Origin: an uncultured Chloroflexia bacterium
GTDB lineage: Bacteria; Chloroflexota; Limnocylindria; Limnocylindrales; CSP1-4
Length of the DNA: 64,000 bases
NCBI GenBank assembly: GCA_963828165.1
Contig: CAWHDR010000001.1
Coordinates: 1,472,001 to 1,536,000 of the forward strand
Direction of reading: 5' to 3'
Part shown: positions 56,513-64,000 of the stretch, piece by piece
How the letters are laid out: each line of letters opens with the position of its first letter
Position numbering within the stretch: position 1 is the stretch's first letter
Notes under the pieces: model-generated
What the model was told of the DNA's origin: nothing
Database searches by the model: none
Seen by the model: the letters and a program-made list of their open reading frames with translations, nothing else
Translations under genes and position numbers: made by a program

Positions 56513-57511
56513 TCAGTCGGAGTAACCGCCCTGATGTGCCTGGCGCCAGGCCCAGGCCGAGCCGACGATCTCATCGAGGCTGGGCCGGTGCGGCCGCCAC
56601 CCCAGGATCTCCGCGGCCCGCGCCGCCGAGGCGACGAGCACCGGCGGGTCGCCCGTCCGTCGCGGCCCGATCTCGTGCGGGATCGAGTGGCCGACGACGC
56701 GCTCGGCGGCGGCGAGCACCTCGAGGTTGCTGAACCCACCACCGTTACCCAGATTGCAGATCACGGCGCCACGGGCCGTGCGCTCGTCGTCGCGGGCCGT
56801 GGCTTCGATCGCCCGCAGGTGCGCATCCGCGAGGTCAGCCACGTGGATGTAGTCGCGGACGCAGGTGCCATCGGGCGTCGGGTAATCGCCACCGAACAAC
56901 GTCACGGGTTGGCCAGCCTCGATCGCGCCGAAGATGGCCGGGATGAGGTGCGTCTCGGGGTCGTGGTCCTCGCCCAGCGCTTCCGTCGCGCCGGCGACAT
57001 TGAAATAGCGGAGCGTGACGCTGCGCGTGCCGTAGGCCCGGGCGTACCAGAGGAGGGCACCCTCGAACGCGCGCTTCGTCTCGCCGTACGGGTTGATCGG
57101 CCGGAGCGGGGCGTCCTCCGTGATGGGCGTGGCGTCGGGCACGCCGTAGACGGCCGCGGTGGACGAGAAGACGACGCGATCGACACCGACCTCGCGTGCC
57201 GCCTCGAGCAGCGTGATGCCGCCGGCGACGTTGTCGCGGAAGTAGCGGGCTGGGTCTTCGATCGACTCACCGACCAGCGAGCGCGCCGCACAATGGAGGA
57301 TCGCCTCGACGTTCTCGGCGGCGAGGAGGCGGGTCACCGTGGCGCTGTCGCCGTAGCTTCCGACGTGCAGTTGTGCCCCCTGCGGGACGGCGGAACGATG
57401 CCCGGTCGTGAGGTCGTCGAGGACGACCACTTCGTGGCCCGCCGCGATGAACGCCTCCGCCGAAACCGAGCCGACATACCCGGCGCCGCCGGTCACGAGA
57501 ACCTTCGTCAT
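56513..57511 (-). CDS. galE: UDP-glucose 4-epimerase
   Basis: GGAGYVGS, FSSTAAVYG, NPYGETK, LRYFNVAG, ETHLIP, DGTCVRDYIHV. Confidence 0.95.
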   Translation of the reverse strand: MTKVLVTGGAGYVGSVSAEAFIAAGHEVVVLDDLTTGHRSAVPQGAQLHVGSYGDSATVTRLLAAENVEAILHCAARSLVGESIEDPARYFRDNVAGGITLLEAAREVGVDRVVFSSTAAVYGVPDATPITEDAPLRPINPYGETKRAFEGALLWYARAYGTRSVTLRYFNVAGATEALGEDHDPETHLIPAIFGAIEAGQPVTLFGGDYPTPDGTCVRDYIHVADLADAHLRAIEATARDDERTARGAVICNLGNGGGFSNLEVLAAAERVVGHSIPHEIGPRRTGDPPVLVASAARAAEILGWRPHRPSLDEIVGSAWAWRQAHQGGYSD

Positions 57512-57544
57512 ACCCCGAACGATACGGGCGGACGCCGAACGGCG

Positions 57545-57934
57545 TCAGCGACGGCGTAGTCGATCGACGATCGAGCGGCGCCGGCGGACCTTGGGGGCAG
57601 GCTCGCGAGCCCCGGCCGGCGGAGCCGATGGAGCGGCCGGCGGGACAGGCTCGACGGGTGGCTCGGGAACGGTCTCGCCACGCGTGCGCATGACCTCGTC
57701 GAGGCGCGTGACGAGCCGCTGGGCCGCCTCGTTCTCCGGGTCGATGGTGAGGGCCTTGCGTGCGAGCAGGTAGGCACCGGCGTCATCCGCGTGCTCGAGC
57801 GCGACGCGCGCGAGACCGACCACGGCGATCGAATTTGCTGGATCGCTGGCGGCCACCTGCCGGTAAAGCCGTTCGGCCTCGTCGACGCGCCCGAACGACA
57901 GGGCCCGCTCGGCTTCGAGGAGCAGCTCGATCAT
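57545..57934 (-). CDS. Small TPR-repeat protein
   Basis: AERLYRQVAASDPAN, KALTIDPEN; Pro-rich basic tail. Confidence 0.8.
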   Translation of the reverse strand: MIELLLEAERALSFGRVDEAERLYRQVAASDPANSIAVVGLARVALEHADDAGAYLLARKALTIDPENEAAQRLVTRLDEVMRTRGETVPEPPVEPVPPAAPSAPPAGAREPAPKVRRRRSIVDRLRRR

Positions 57935-59301
57935 CCCGCCGGCTCCGAGCTGAGTCGCCGGCGTGCGAGGTCGAGCAGGCCGTCACGCGTGTTGACCGAC
58001 GGGTCGGCGATGACCCGCTCCAGGAGCCAATCCAGGAGGCGCCCAAGGCCGGGCCCCGGCGCGATGCCCAGCTCCGCCATCAGGTCCGAGCCGTCGATCG
58101 CGAGTCCGCTGAGGTCGAGTGCCACGCCCGCGGCGAGCTCCTTGGCGACGCGCGCGCGGAGCTCGTCCAGCCCACCGGCGTCAGGCGCCCGCCCGGATCC
58201 GATGTGGTCCGCCTCACGCAGCAGGAAGAGGTCCTCCAGCTCGTCGCGACCGATCTTCACGATGAACCGGCGGACGGCGGCATCCGACCAGCTCGGCTGA
58301 TACCCGAACATGTGATGGCGGATGAGGCGCACGATCCTCTGGCGCTCCGCCACGGGCCAGCGCCAGTCGTCGAGGAGCTTGTCGGCCAGCTCCGCGCCGA
58401 CCGACTCGTGGCCCAGGAACCGGCCGTCGGCCATCGTCAAGGGCTTGCCGATGTCGTGAAGCAGGGCCGCGAACCGGATCCACGTCGGCTCCCTCGCCGC
58501 CCCGTCGACCGCGCGGAGCGTGTGATCCCAGAGGTCCTCGCCGGGGACCTTGTTCTGCGGGATGCCGGGCTGCGCGGCGAGATCCGGGGAGATGGCGAAG
58601 AGCAGCCCGGTCTCGGCCATCAGCCGAAGGCCGACCGACGGACGCTGCGCGGACAGCAGCCGCCGCATCTCGATCGCGATCCGCTCGCCGGACAGGCGGC
58701 GCACGTTGTCGGCCTTCGCGCGGATCGCGGCCAGCGTCGCCGGCTCAACGTCGAATTCGAGCGTGGCCGCCAGCCGGACGGCGCGGACCATGCGCAACGC
58801 GTCCTCGTGGAAGCGCTGCGCCGGGTCGCCGACGGTCCGCAGGGTGCGAGCCGCAAGGTCGGCCTGGCCGCCGTGCGGATCGACGAGTCGTGGCGGTTCG
58901 CCGGGCTCGGCGCCCCAGGCCATCGCGTTGACCGTGAAATCGCGGCGGGCCAGATCCAGATGGATGGACTCGCTGAACTCGACCCGATGCGGCCGACGGA
59001 AGTCGGCGTAGTCGTGGTCGGAGCGGAACGTCGTGATCGCGACCTCACCGACCTCCGGAGAATCGGTCCGGACCGCGACCGTTCCGAACTTGTTCTCATA
59101 AACGGCGTTGGGAAACAGCTCGAGCGTGCGTTCTGGTAGCGCGGCGGTGGCGAGGTCCCAGTCCTCCGGCGGCCGGCCCAGGAGGCTGTCGCGGACGGAC
59201 CCTCCCACCACGTACGCTGCGTGCCCACCGGCCCAGAGCGTGCGCAGCAGGTCGGAGACGCCCTCCGGGATCGCGCGTTGGAGGTCGATCTTGGTCGACA
59301 C
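57931..59301 (-). CDS. cca: CCA tRNA nucleotidyltransferase with HD domain; start uncertain
   Basis: VGGSVRD, DWD, DLARRDFTVNAMA, EDALR, LLHDIGK. Confidence 0.92.
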   Translation of the reverse strand: MSTKIDLQRAIPEGVSDLLRTLWAGGHAAYVVGGSVRDSLLGRPPEDWDLATAALPERTLELFPNAVYENKFGTVAVRTDSPEVGEVAITTFRSDHDYADFRRPHRVEFSESIHLDLARRDFTVNAMAWGAEPGEPPRLVDPHGGQADLAARTLRTVGDPAQRFHEDALRMVRAVRLAATLEFDVEPATLAAIRAKADNVRRLSGERIAIEMRRLLSAQRPSVGLRLMAETGLLFAISPDLAAQPGIPQNKVPGEDLWDHTLRAVDGAAREPTWIRFAALLHDIGKPLTMADGRFLGHESVGAELADKLLDDWRWPVAERQRIVRLIRHHMFGYQPSWSDAAVRRFIVKIGRDELEDLFLLREADHIGSGRAPDAGGLDELRARVAKELAAGVALDLSGLAIDGSDLMAELGIAPGPGLGRLLDWLLERVIADPSVNTRDGLLDLARRRLSSEPAG

Positions 59302-59318
59302 GTCGCCCGCTCGGGGCG

Positions 59319-59834
59319 TCAGTTCCGCCCGAGGAACAGGTACGTCCGCCACGCGTCGTTACGCTCGTCCACGAGATACGGCGTGAACAGCGAGTAGATG
59401 TCGCTGCGCGGCTCGTGCGGCTCTCGCTTGAGTCGAAGCCGCGCCTCGTCCAGCGTCTTGCCGCCCTTCCGGTGGTTGCAGGGCTTGCAGGCGGTGACGA
59501 GGTTCTCCCAGCTGTGGGCTCCGCCACGGTGGCGCGGCATCACATGGTCGAGCGTGAGGTCGTGGGTCTGGCGGCCGCAGTACTGGCACGTGTGCCGGTC
59601 GCGCGCGAAGACCTCGCGACGGCTGAGCTTCACCCGCGGCCGCGGCCGGCGGATGAAGTGCTGGAGGCGGATCACGGAGGGCGCGCGGAACTCCGTCCGC
59701 GGCGTCCGAATCATCTGGTGGTCGTACTCGATCACCTCGGCCTTCTCACCGAACAGCAGTCGGAAGGCCCTTGGCAGATTGCAGACGTTGAGCGGCTCGT
59801 AGTTCTGGTTCAGAACGAGAACGACGCCGTCCAT
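59319..59834 (-). CDS. HNH endonuclease (McrA-like, Zn-binding)
   Basis: VLVLNQNYEPL, PSVIRL, RDRHTCQYC, TLDHVMP, SWENLVTACKPCN. Confidence 0.92.
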   Translation of the reverse strand: MDGVVLVLNQNYEPLNVCNLPRAFRLLFGEKAEVIEYDHQMIRTPRTEFRAPSVIRLQHFIRRPRPRVKLSRREVFARDRHTCQYCGRQTHDLTLDHVMPRHRGGAHSWENLVTACKPCNHRKGGKTLDEARLRLKREPHEPRSDIYSLFTPYLVDERNDAWRTYLFLGRN

Positions 59835-59892
59835 GGTGGGCGGAGGATAACAAGTTCACCGCAGCGTGCCGCGAACGTGCGCTTCGAGCGGC

Positions 59893-60357
59893 TCAGGAGC
59901 CGGTGACTCGCCACACGTCGTACTCCGCGGCCTGGCACGCCGCTCCGCCCGTTGGGGTGCCATCCGTCGACCGCTTCGGCCCGCAGGTCAGGGCGATCGT
60001 TCGTCGTGTGCCATCCGCCAGGTCCAAGATCACGAACCTGGGTTCTTGGAGGCCACCGACGGCGAACGTGACCTCGTTGGGCCCGTTGCCGCGCATGGTC
60101 GGATAGCCCGCGGTGACCGCTCCGGTGATCGTGGCTCCAGGGTCCGTGGCGTGGAGGATCGCGGTGGCCGCCTCGATGGCGGCCCTGCACACCTCATCAC
60201 TCAGCGGCTCGCATGGATGCTCGTGAGTCACCCAGTAGCCGTCGACCGCATGCGCGCCCTCGTCCCACCAGCCGTCGGCATTCGGCCGCGCACAGGACAT
60301 GACGATCGCCATCGTCGCGAGTACTCCCATGGCTCGAACCGGAACGCTCCATGTCAT
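59893..60357 (-). CDS. Cys-containing hypothetical lipoprotein
   Basis: Hydrophobic N-terminus with MSC, four further Cys. Confidence 0.6.
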   Translation of the reverse strand: MTWSVPVRAMGVLATMAIVMSCARPNADGWWDEGAHAVDGYWVTHEHPCEPLSDEVCRAAIEAATAILHATDPGATITGAVTAGYPTMRGNGPNEVTFAVGGLQEPRFVILDLADGTRRTIALTCGPKRSTDGTPTGGAACQAAEYDVWRVTGS

Positions 60358-60432
60358 GGGGAGAGGCTACGCGCCGCGACCCGCGGCGCGCCCCGTCTGA
60401 TGGTCCCAGCCGCCGGCCATGCCACGGGTCCG

Positions 60433-60583
60433 ATTCACCACCGGTGAATGAAGGTCTGCGAAGCGAGGTCGTGGCCGGGGTTGCGGGCGTGGTGTTCACT
60501 GCCGGTGAATGCCTCAGCGCAACTGGGGCCCCTACATACACTCATCGCCGGCCTGACCGCGCAATCATTCAGCGTCAGTGAAT
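60433..60583. repeat. Three 17-bp palindromes aTTCAc-N5-GTGAAT
   Basis: 60433 ATTCACCACCGGTGAAT; 60494 GTTCACTGCCGGTGAAT; 60567 ATTCAGCGTCAGTGAAT. Confidence 0.6.
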
Positions 60584-60598
60584 CGACGTAGGTCGCCG

Positions 60599-61543
60599 TT
60601 ACGTGCTCCGCCCAGTCGCGGCACCTGTCGCAGGGTCCCAGCCGCCGGCTTGGCCGACCTTGCTGCTGAGCGGCTTGCCGAGTCTGTCCGCGATGAACCG
60701 GGCCGCCTCGAGGACGCCGTCCAGGGAGACGCCATGCGTCCATCCCGAGGCGTCGAGGAAGTACACGAGGTCCTCGGTCGCGAGGTTGCCGGCGGCACCC
60801 GGGGCATACGGGCAGCCGCCGGTCCCGCCCGTGGCGCTGTCGAACGTCCGAACCCCTGCGGCCAGACCCGCAGCGACGTTGGCCAGCGCCGTGCCTCGCG
60901 TGTCGTGGAAGTGGAAGGCCTGCCGGCTGACACGGATGCCCGCCCCCTGGGCAAGATTCACGAGCTCGCCGACCTGGTTCGGCACCCCGACACCGATCGT
61001 GTCCCCGAAGCAGATCTCATCGACGCCGAGGTCGAGCAGCCTGCGCGCGACGTCTACCGCGGTCTGCGGCTTCACGCGCCCCGTGTACGGGCATCCGAAC
61101 GCGGTCGACACGTATGCGCGCCGCCACCATCCGAGCTCGCGGGCGCGGGCCAGGACCGGCGCGAAGGCCGCGAGGGACTCGTCGACCGTCATCCCGATGT
61201 TCTTCTCCGTGAACGCATCGGTCGCGGCGGTGAAGACGGCGATCGCCTCGACCCCGGCGGCCTCCGCGCGGGCCAGACCGCGCTCGTTCGGCACCAGGAC
61301 CGGGTAGCGAACGCTTTCGCTGCGCGGCAGAGCGGCCAGGAGCTCGTCCGCGTCCGCGAGCTGCGGGATGGCCTTCGGGGAGACGAACGACGTGACCTCG
61401 ATATCGCGCAAGCCGGCGTCGACCAGGAGCTCGATGAAGCGGAGCTTGTCTGCGGTCGAGATCGGCGTGGGCTCGTTCTGCAGGCCGTCGCGTGGCCCGA
61501 CCTCGTAGATCCGGACGCGTCGGTCGTCGGACCGCTCCGTCAT
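60599..61543 (-). CDS. hmgL: Hydroxymethylglutaryl-CoA lyase
   Basis: EVGPRDGLQNE, SFVSPK, GDTIG, HFHDT, GGCPYAPGAAGN. Confidence 0.95.
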   Translation of the reverse strand: MTERSDDRRVRIYEVGPRDGLQNEPTPISTADKLRFIELLVDAGLRDIEVTSFVSPKAIPQLADADELLAALPRSESVRYPVLVPNERGLARAEAAGVEAIAVFTAATDAFTEKNIGMTVDESLAAFAPVLARARELGWWRRAYVSTAFGCPYTGRVKPQTAVDVARRLLDLGVDEICFGDTIGVGVPNQVGELVNLAQGAGIRVSRQAFHFHDTRGTALANVAAGLAAGVRTFDSATGGTGGCPYAPGAAGNLATEDLVYFLDASGWTHGVSLDGVLEAARFIADRLGKPLSSKVGQAGGWDPATGAATGRST

Positions 61544-61567
61544 CGCGCGAAGGTCATCGACGAACGA

Positions 61568-61771
61568 TCAGCCGAGCGGCGGGTCCATCGCCCGCTCGAT
61601 GCGGGCGATCTCGACCTCGATCTTGCCGAGCAGGTCGATCGCCTCGACGTGCTCCGGGCTGCCGTGCTTCGCCGTGTTCCGCCGTTTGCGCGTGTCGCGG
61701 TGGAGGTCGAGCAGCGACTCGCGCGTCCTCGGCAGCTTCGTCTCGGTCGTCGGTGCCTTTGCTTTCTCCAT
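61568..61771 (-). CDS. Small helical hypothetical protein (67 aa)
   Basis: GC3-biased ORF between carboxylase and hmgL. Confidence 0.65.
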   Translation of the reverse strand: MEKAKAPTTETKLPRTRESLLDLHRDTRKRRNTAKHGSPEHVEAIDLLGKIEVEIARIERAMDPPLG

Positions 61772-61819
61772 GGGCGCAGCGTACCGCGTTCGCGATGCTC
61801 TGGACCCGGCGACATCGCC

Positions 61820-63844
61820 TCAGTCGGGGTCGTCGATGACGCCGAGGGTCTGCCCGCGCGTCACCTGCTCCCCTTCGGCCACGGCCAATTCGATCAAGCG
61901 TCCGGCACGAGGCGACTCGACGGCATGCTCCATCTTCATGGCTTCCAGCGTCACGACCGGGTCATCGGCGTTGACCGCAGAGCCGACCGCCACGTGGATC
62001 TTGAGGACCTGACCGGGCATCGGGGCGACGAGCTCCGTGCGGCCACCGGCGTGGGCCGCGGCCGCGCTCGCGGCGCGATCCACGTCCGGGGGCGGGGCCA
62101 CGCGGAACGGGGTGCTGCGACCGGCGAAGTCCAGGTGGACGGTGTCGCCGGCACGCACGATCTCGGCCCTCGTCCGGGCGTTTCCCGGCGAGAGTCGAAC
62201 GCTCCTTGTCTCGTCGTCGCTGACGAGGCGGATGGCCGGGGCCGCGTTGAGTCGGAAGCCGTCCCGTACGGGTGCCGCGGTCGTGCCTGGTTGGCGGTCG
62301 TCGTCGGCCAGGAGCGCGCGCGCCGCAGCGGACCAGGCCGCGTCCGGGATCCGTGCCCGCTGCGTCCAGTCGTCCGGCGGCCAGATGCGGTCCAGCGTGT
62401 CGGTTCGGGCTTGGCCGTCGCGGACCACCGGCTCGCGGACGAGCCAGCGCAGGAACCGCAAGTTCGTCGTCAGCCCAAGGACCACGGTCCCGTCGAGCGC
62501 CCGCGTCAGGCGCTCCAAGGCATCCGCCCGGTCGTTGCCGCGCGCGATGATCTTGGCGAGCATCGGATCGAACCGGCCACCGACCTGGTCGCCCTCGTCG
62601 ACGCCGGCATCGACCCGGACGCCGTCCCCGGACGGCCATCGAAGGCGCTCGATGCGCCCGGTCGCGGGCAAGAAGCCGCGCTCGGCATCCTCCGCGTAGA
62701 GGCGGACCTCGATCGCGTGGCCTTCGAAGTGGACGTCGTCCTGCGAGATCCCCAGCGGTTCGCCCGCAGCGATGCGGAGCTGGTCGGCGACCAGGTCACG
62801 GCCGGTCGTGAGCTCGGTGACCGGGTGCTCGACCTGGAGTCTCGTGTTCATCTCGAGGAACGTGAACGTGCCCCGGTCGTCCAGCAGGAATTCGCAGGTC
62901 CCGGCGCTCTCGTAGCCGACCGCGCCCGCCAGCGCCAGTGCCGCTTCGCCCATCGCACGGCGTCGCGCGGCATCGACCGCGGGGGAGGGCGCCTCCTCGA
63001 GCACCTTCTGGTGGCGACGCTGGATCGAGCAGTCCCGTTCGCCAAGATGGACGCCATTGCCCTGGTTGTCGAAGAGGACCTGGATCTCGACGTGCCGGGC
63101 TCCTTCGAGGAGCCGCTCGAGGATGAGCCGGTCATCGTGGAAGGCGGCCCGCGCCTCGCGTCGGGCGGCGGCTAGCTCTGTCGGGAGGCGGTCGGCGGAT
63201 CGAACGGTGCGCATGCCCTTGCCGCCGCCACCGGCCGCTGGTTTGACCAGCACGGGGTAGCCGATGCGTTGGGCCGCCTTGATGAGCGCGGCGTCCGACT
63301 GGTCGTCATCGTCGTAACCGGCAGGCACGGTGATGCCGAGGCTCGCCGCGAGCTTGCGACTGGCCGCCTTGTCGCCCATGGCCCGGATGGCTTCCGGTGG
63401 TGGGCCGACCCAGCGGATTCCGGCCCCGATCACGCGCTCCGCGAAGTCGGCATTCTCGGCGAGGAAGCCGAAGCCAGGGTGGAGGGCGTCGGCGTGCACG
63501 TGTCGAGCGGCGGCGACCACGGCGTCGGCGTCCAGGAGGTCGAGCGCGTCCGGGCCGTCCGTGGGTGGGGCCACGGCGCGGATGCCGAGTCGATCGCACG
63601 TCCGGGTGATCCGGGTCGCGATCTCGCCTCGATTGGCAATGAACAGGACGCCGATCGGACCGTTGTGCGCGGTGATCGTGGGATTGCCGGGTGTCTCAAA
63701 CGCGCCAATCGCGTCAGACGCGACACGCCAACGACCGCCCACGCGCCTGGCCGGCATCGCACCACTGGCAATCCAACGTTGAACCGACCGTGTCGACGTG
63801 CCAAGGCGCCGTGCGACCTCACTCGGGCTCAGTTCGTCGCTCAT
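61820..63844 (-). CDS. Acyl-CoA carboxylase alpha subunit (biotin carboxylase + BCCP, MccA/LiuD-like) with N-terminal excisionase-type HTH
   Basis: HTH LSPSEVARRLGTSTRSVQRWIASGAMPARRVGGRWRV; IANRGEIA, HPGFGFLAEN, GGGGKGMR, ERDCSIQRRHQK, EMNTRLQVEH, EAMKM. Confidence 0.92.
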   Translation of the reverse strand: MSDELSPSEVARRLGTSTRSVQRWIASGAMPARRVGGRWRVASDAIGAFETPGNPTITAHNGPIGVLFIANRGEIATRITRTCDRLGIRAVAPPTDGPDALDLLDADAVVAAARHVHADALHPGFGFLAENADFAERVIGAGIRWVGPPPEAIRAMGDKAASRKLAASLGITVPAGYDDDDQSDAALIKAAQRIGYPVLVKPAAGGGGKGMRTVRSADRLPTELAAARREARAAFHDDRLILERLLEGARHVEIQVLFDNQGNGVHLGERDCSIQRRHQKVLEEAPSPAVDAARRRAMGEAALALAGAVGYESAGTCEFLLDDRGTFTFLEMNTRLQVEHPVTELTTGRDLVADQLRIAAGEPLGISQDDVHFEGHAIEVRLYAEDAERGFLPATGRIERLRWPSGDGVRVDAGVDEGDQVGGRFDPMLAKIIARGNDRADALERLTRALDGTVVLGLTTNLRFLRWLVREPVVRDGQARTDTLDRIWPPDDWTQRARIPDAAWSAAARALLADDDRQPGTTAAPVRDGFRLNAAPAIRLVSDDETRSVRLSPGNARTRAEIVRAGDTVHLDFAGRSTPFRVAPPPDVDRAASAAAAHAGGRTELVAPMPGQVLKIHVAVGSAVNADDPVVTLEAMKMEHAVESPRAGRLIELAVAEGEQVTRGQTLGVIDDPD

Positions 63845-64000
63845 CGTGTCGCGATTGTCGCAGTCGCGCCGCGCGACGGCAAGAAGTGCCGCACCAGATG
63901 ACCGCACAGTGCGATGCTACGCATCTGACGTGGGCTCGACTCGGGGTTTCGATAGGGGGAGGGACGGATCTTGGCTGCTGATTCCAAACGCCGGATCGTG

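Noticed and set aside
59319-59834. IscB/Cas9-like or defence-system HNH
   Set aside because: Small stand-alone HNH with no RuvC, no methylase and no recognisable guide RNA
60578-63175. 865-aa plus-strand ORF and similar long ORFs (33650-35188, 52178-54295, 27360-29075)
   Set aside because: Stop-poor shadow frames opposite clear genes in high-GC DNA
63971-64000. Start of a divergent plus-strand gene (TTG after GGGGAGGG)
   Set aside because: Only 10 codons visible; cannot be supported

Overview
High-GC bacterial chromosomal window. The gene style (lipoprotein-rich, ECF/anti-sigma pair, Tad pseudopilins, PxKF-type adhesin) suggests Chloroflexota or Actinomycetota; this is inference only. Main content: (i) a small-gene region with several gene remnants (1-6.2 kb). 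(ii) A ~16 kb segment bracketed by an intact tRNA-Thr(CGT) (22193-22267, minus) and a degenerate same-orientation copy of its 3' half (6245-6289), probably an old integrase-less island. It carries an HTH regulator, a coproporphyrin-dependent heme operon (hemA, hemC-hemD-hemB read as one ORF, chdC/hemQ, hemL, hemE, hemH; no hemY/hemN), a thioredoxin-like/CcdA pair and an ECF/anti-sigma pair. (iii) Small metabolic and signalling genes, including a PAS-GGDEF-EAL + CHRD-like + cupredoxin run and a 29-bp intergenic tandem repeat. (iv) A surface-attachment locus: two paralogous TadE-PKD/TadE/TadG triplets with a shared upstream motif, a two-component system and a giant Ig/cadherin-repeat protein whose 5' part is frameshifted. 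(v) A long minus-strand run: HTH-fused biotin carboxylase, HMG-CoA lyase, HNH nuclease, CCA enzyme, galE, a catalytically degenerate ligase-like protein, two glucosylglycerate-type synthases (one fused to tandem USP domains), GNAT, glycerate kinase and endonuclease III with a Cys-to-His Fe-S ligand. No CRISPR array, integrase, transposase or rRNA was recognised. All protein calls come from motif recognition by eye; no database search was run.
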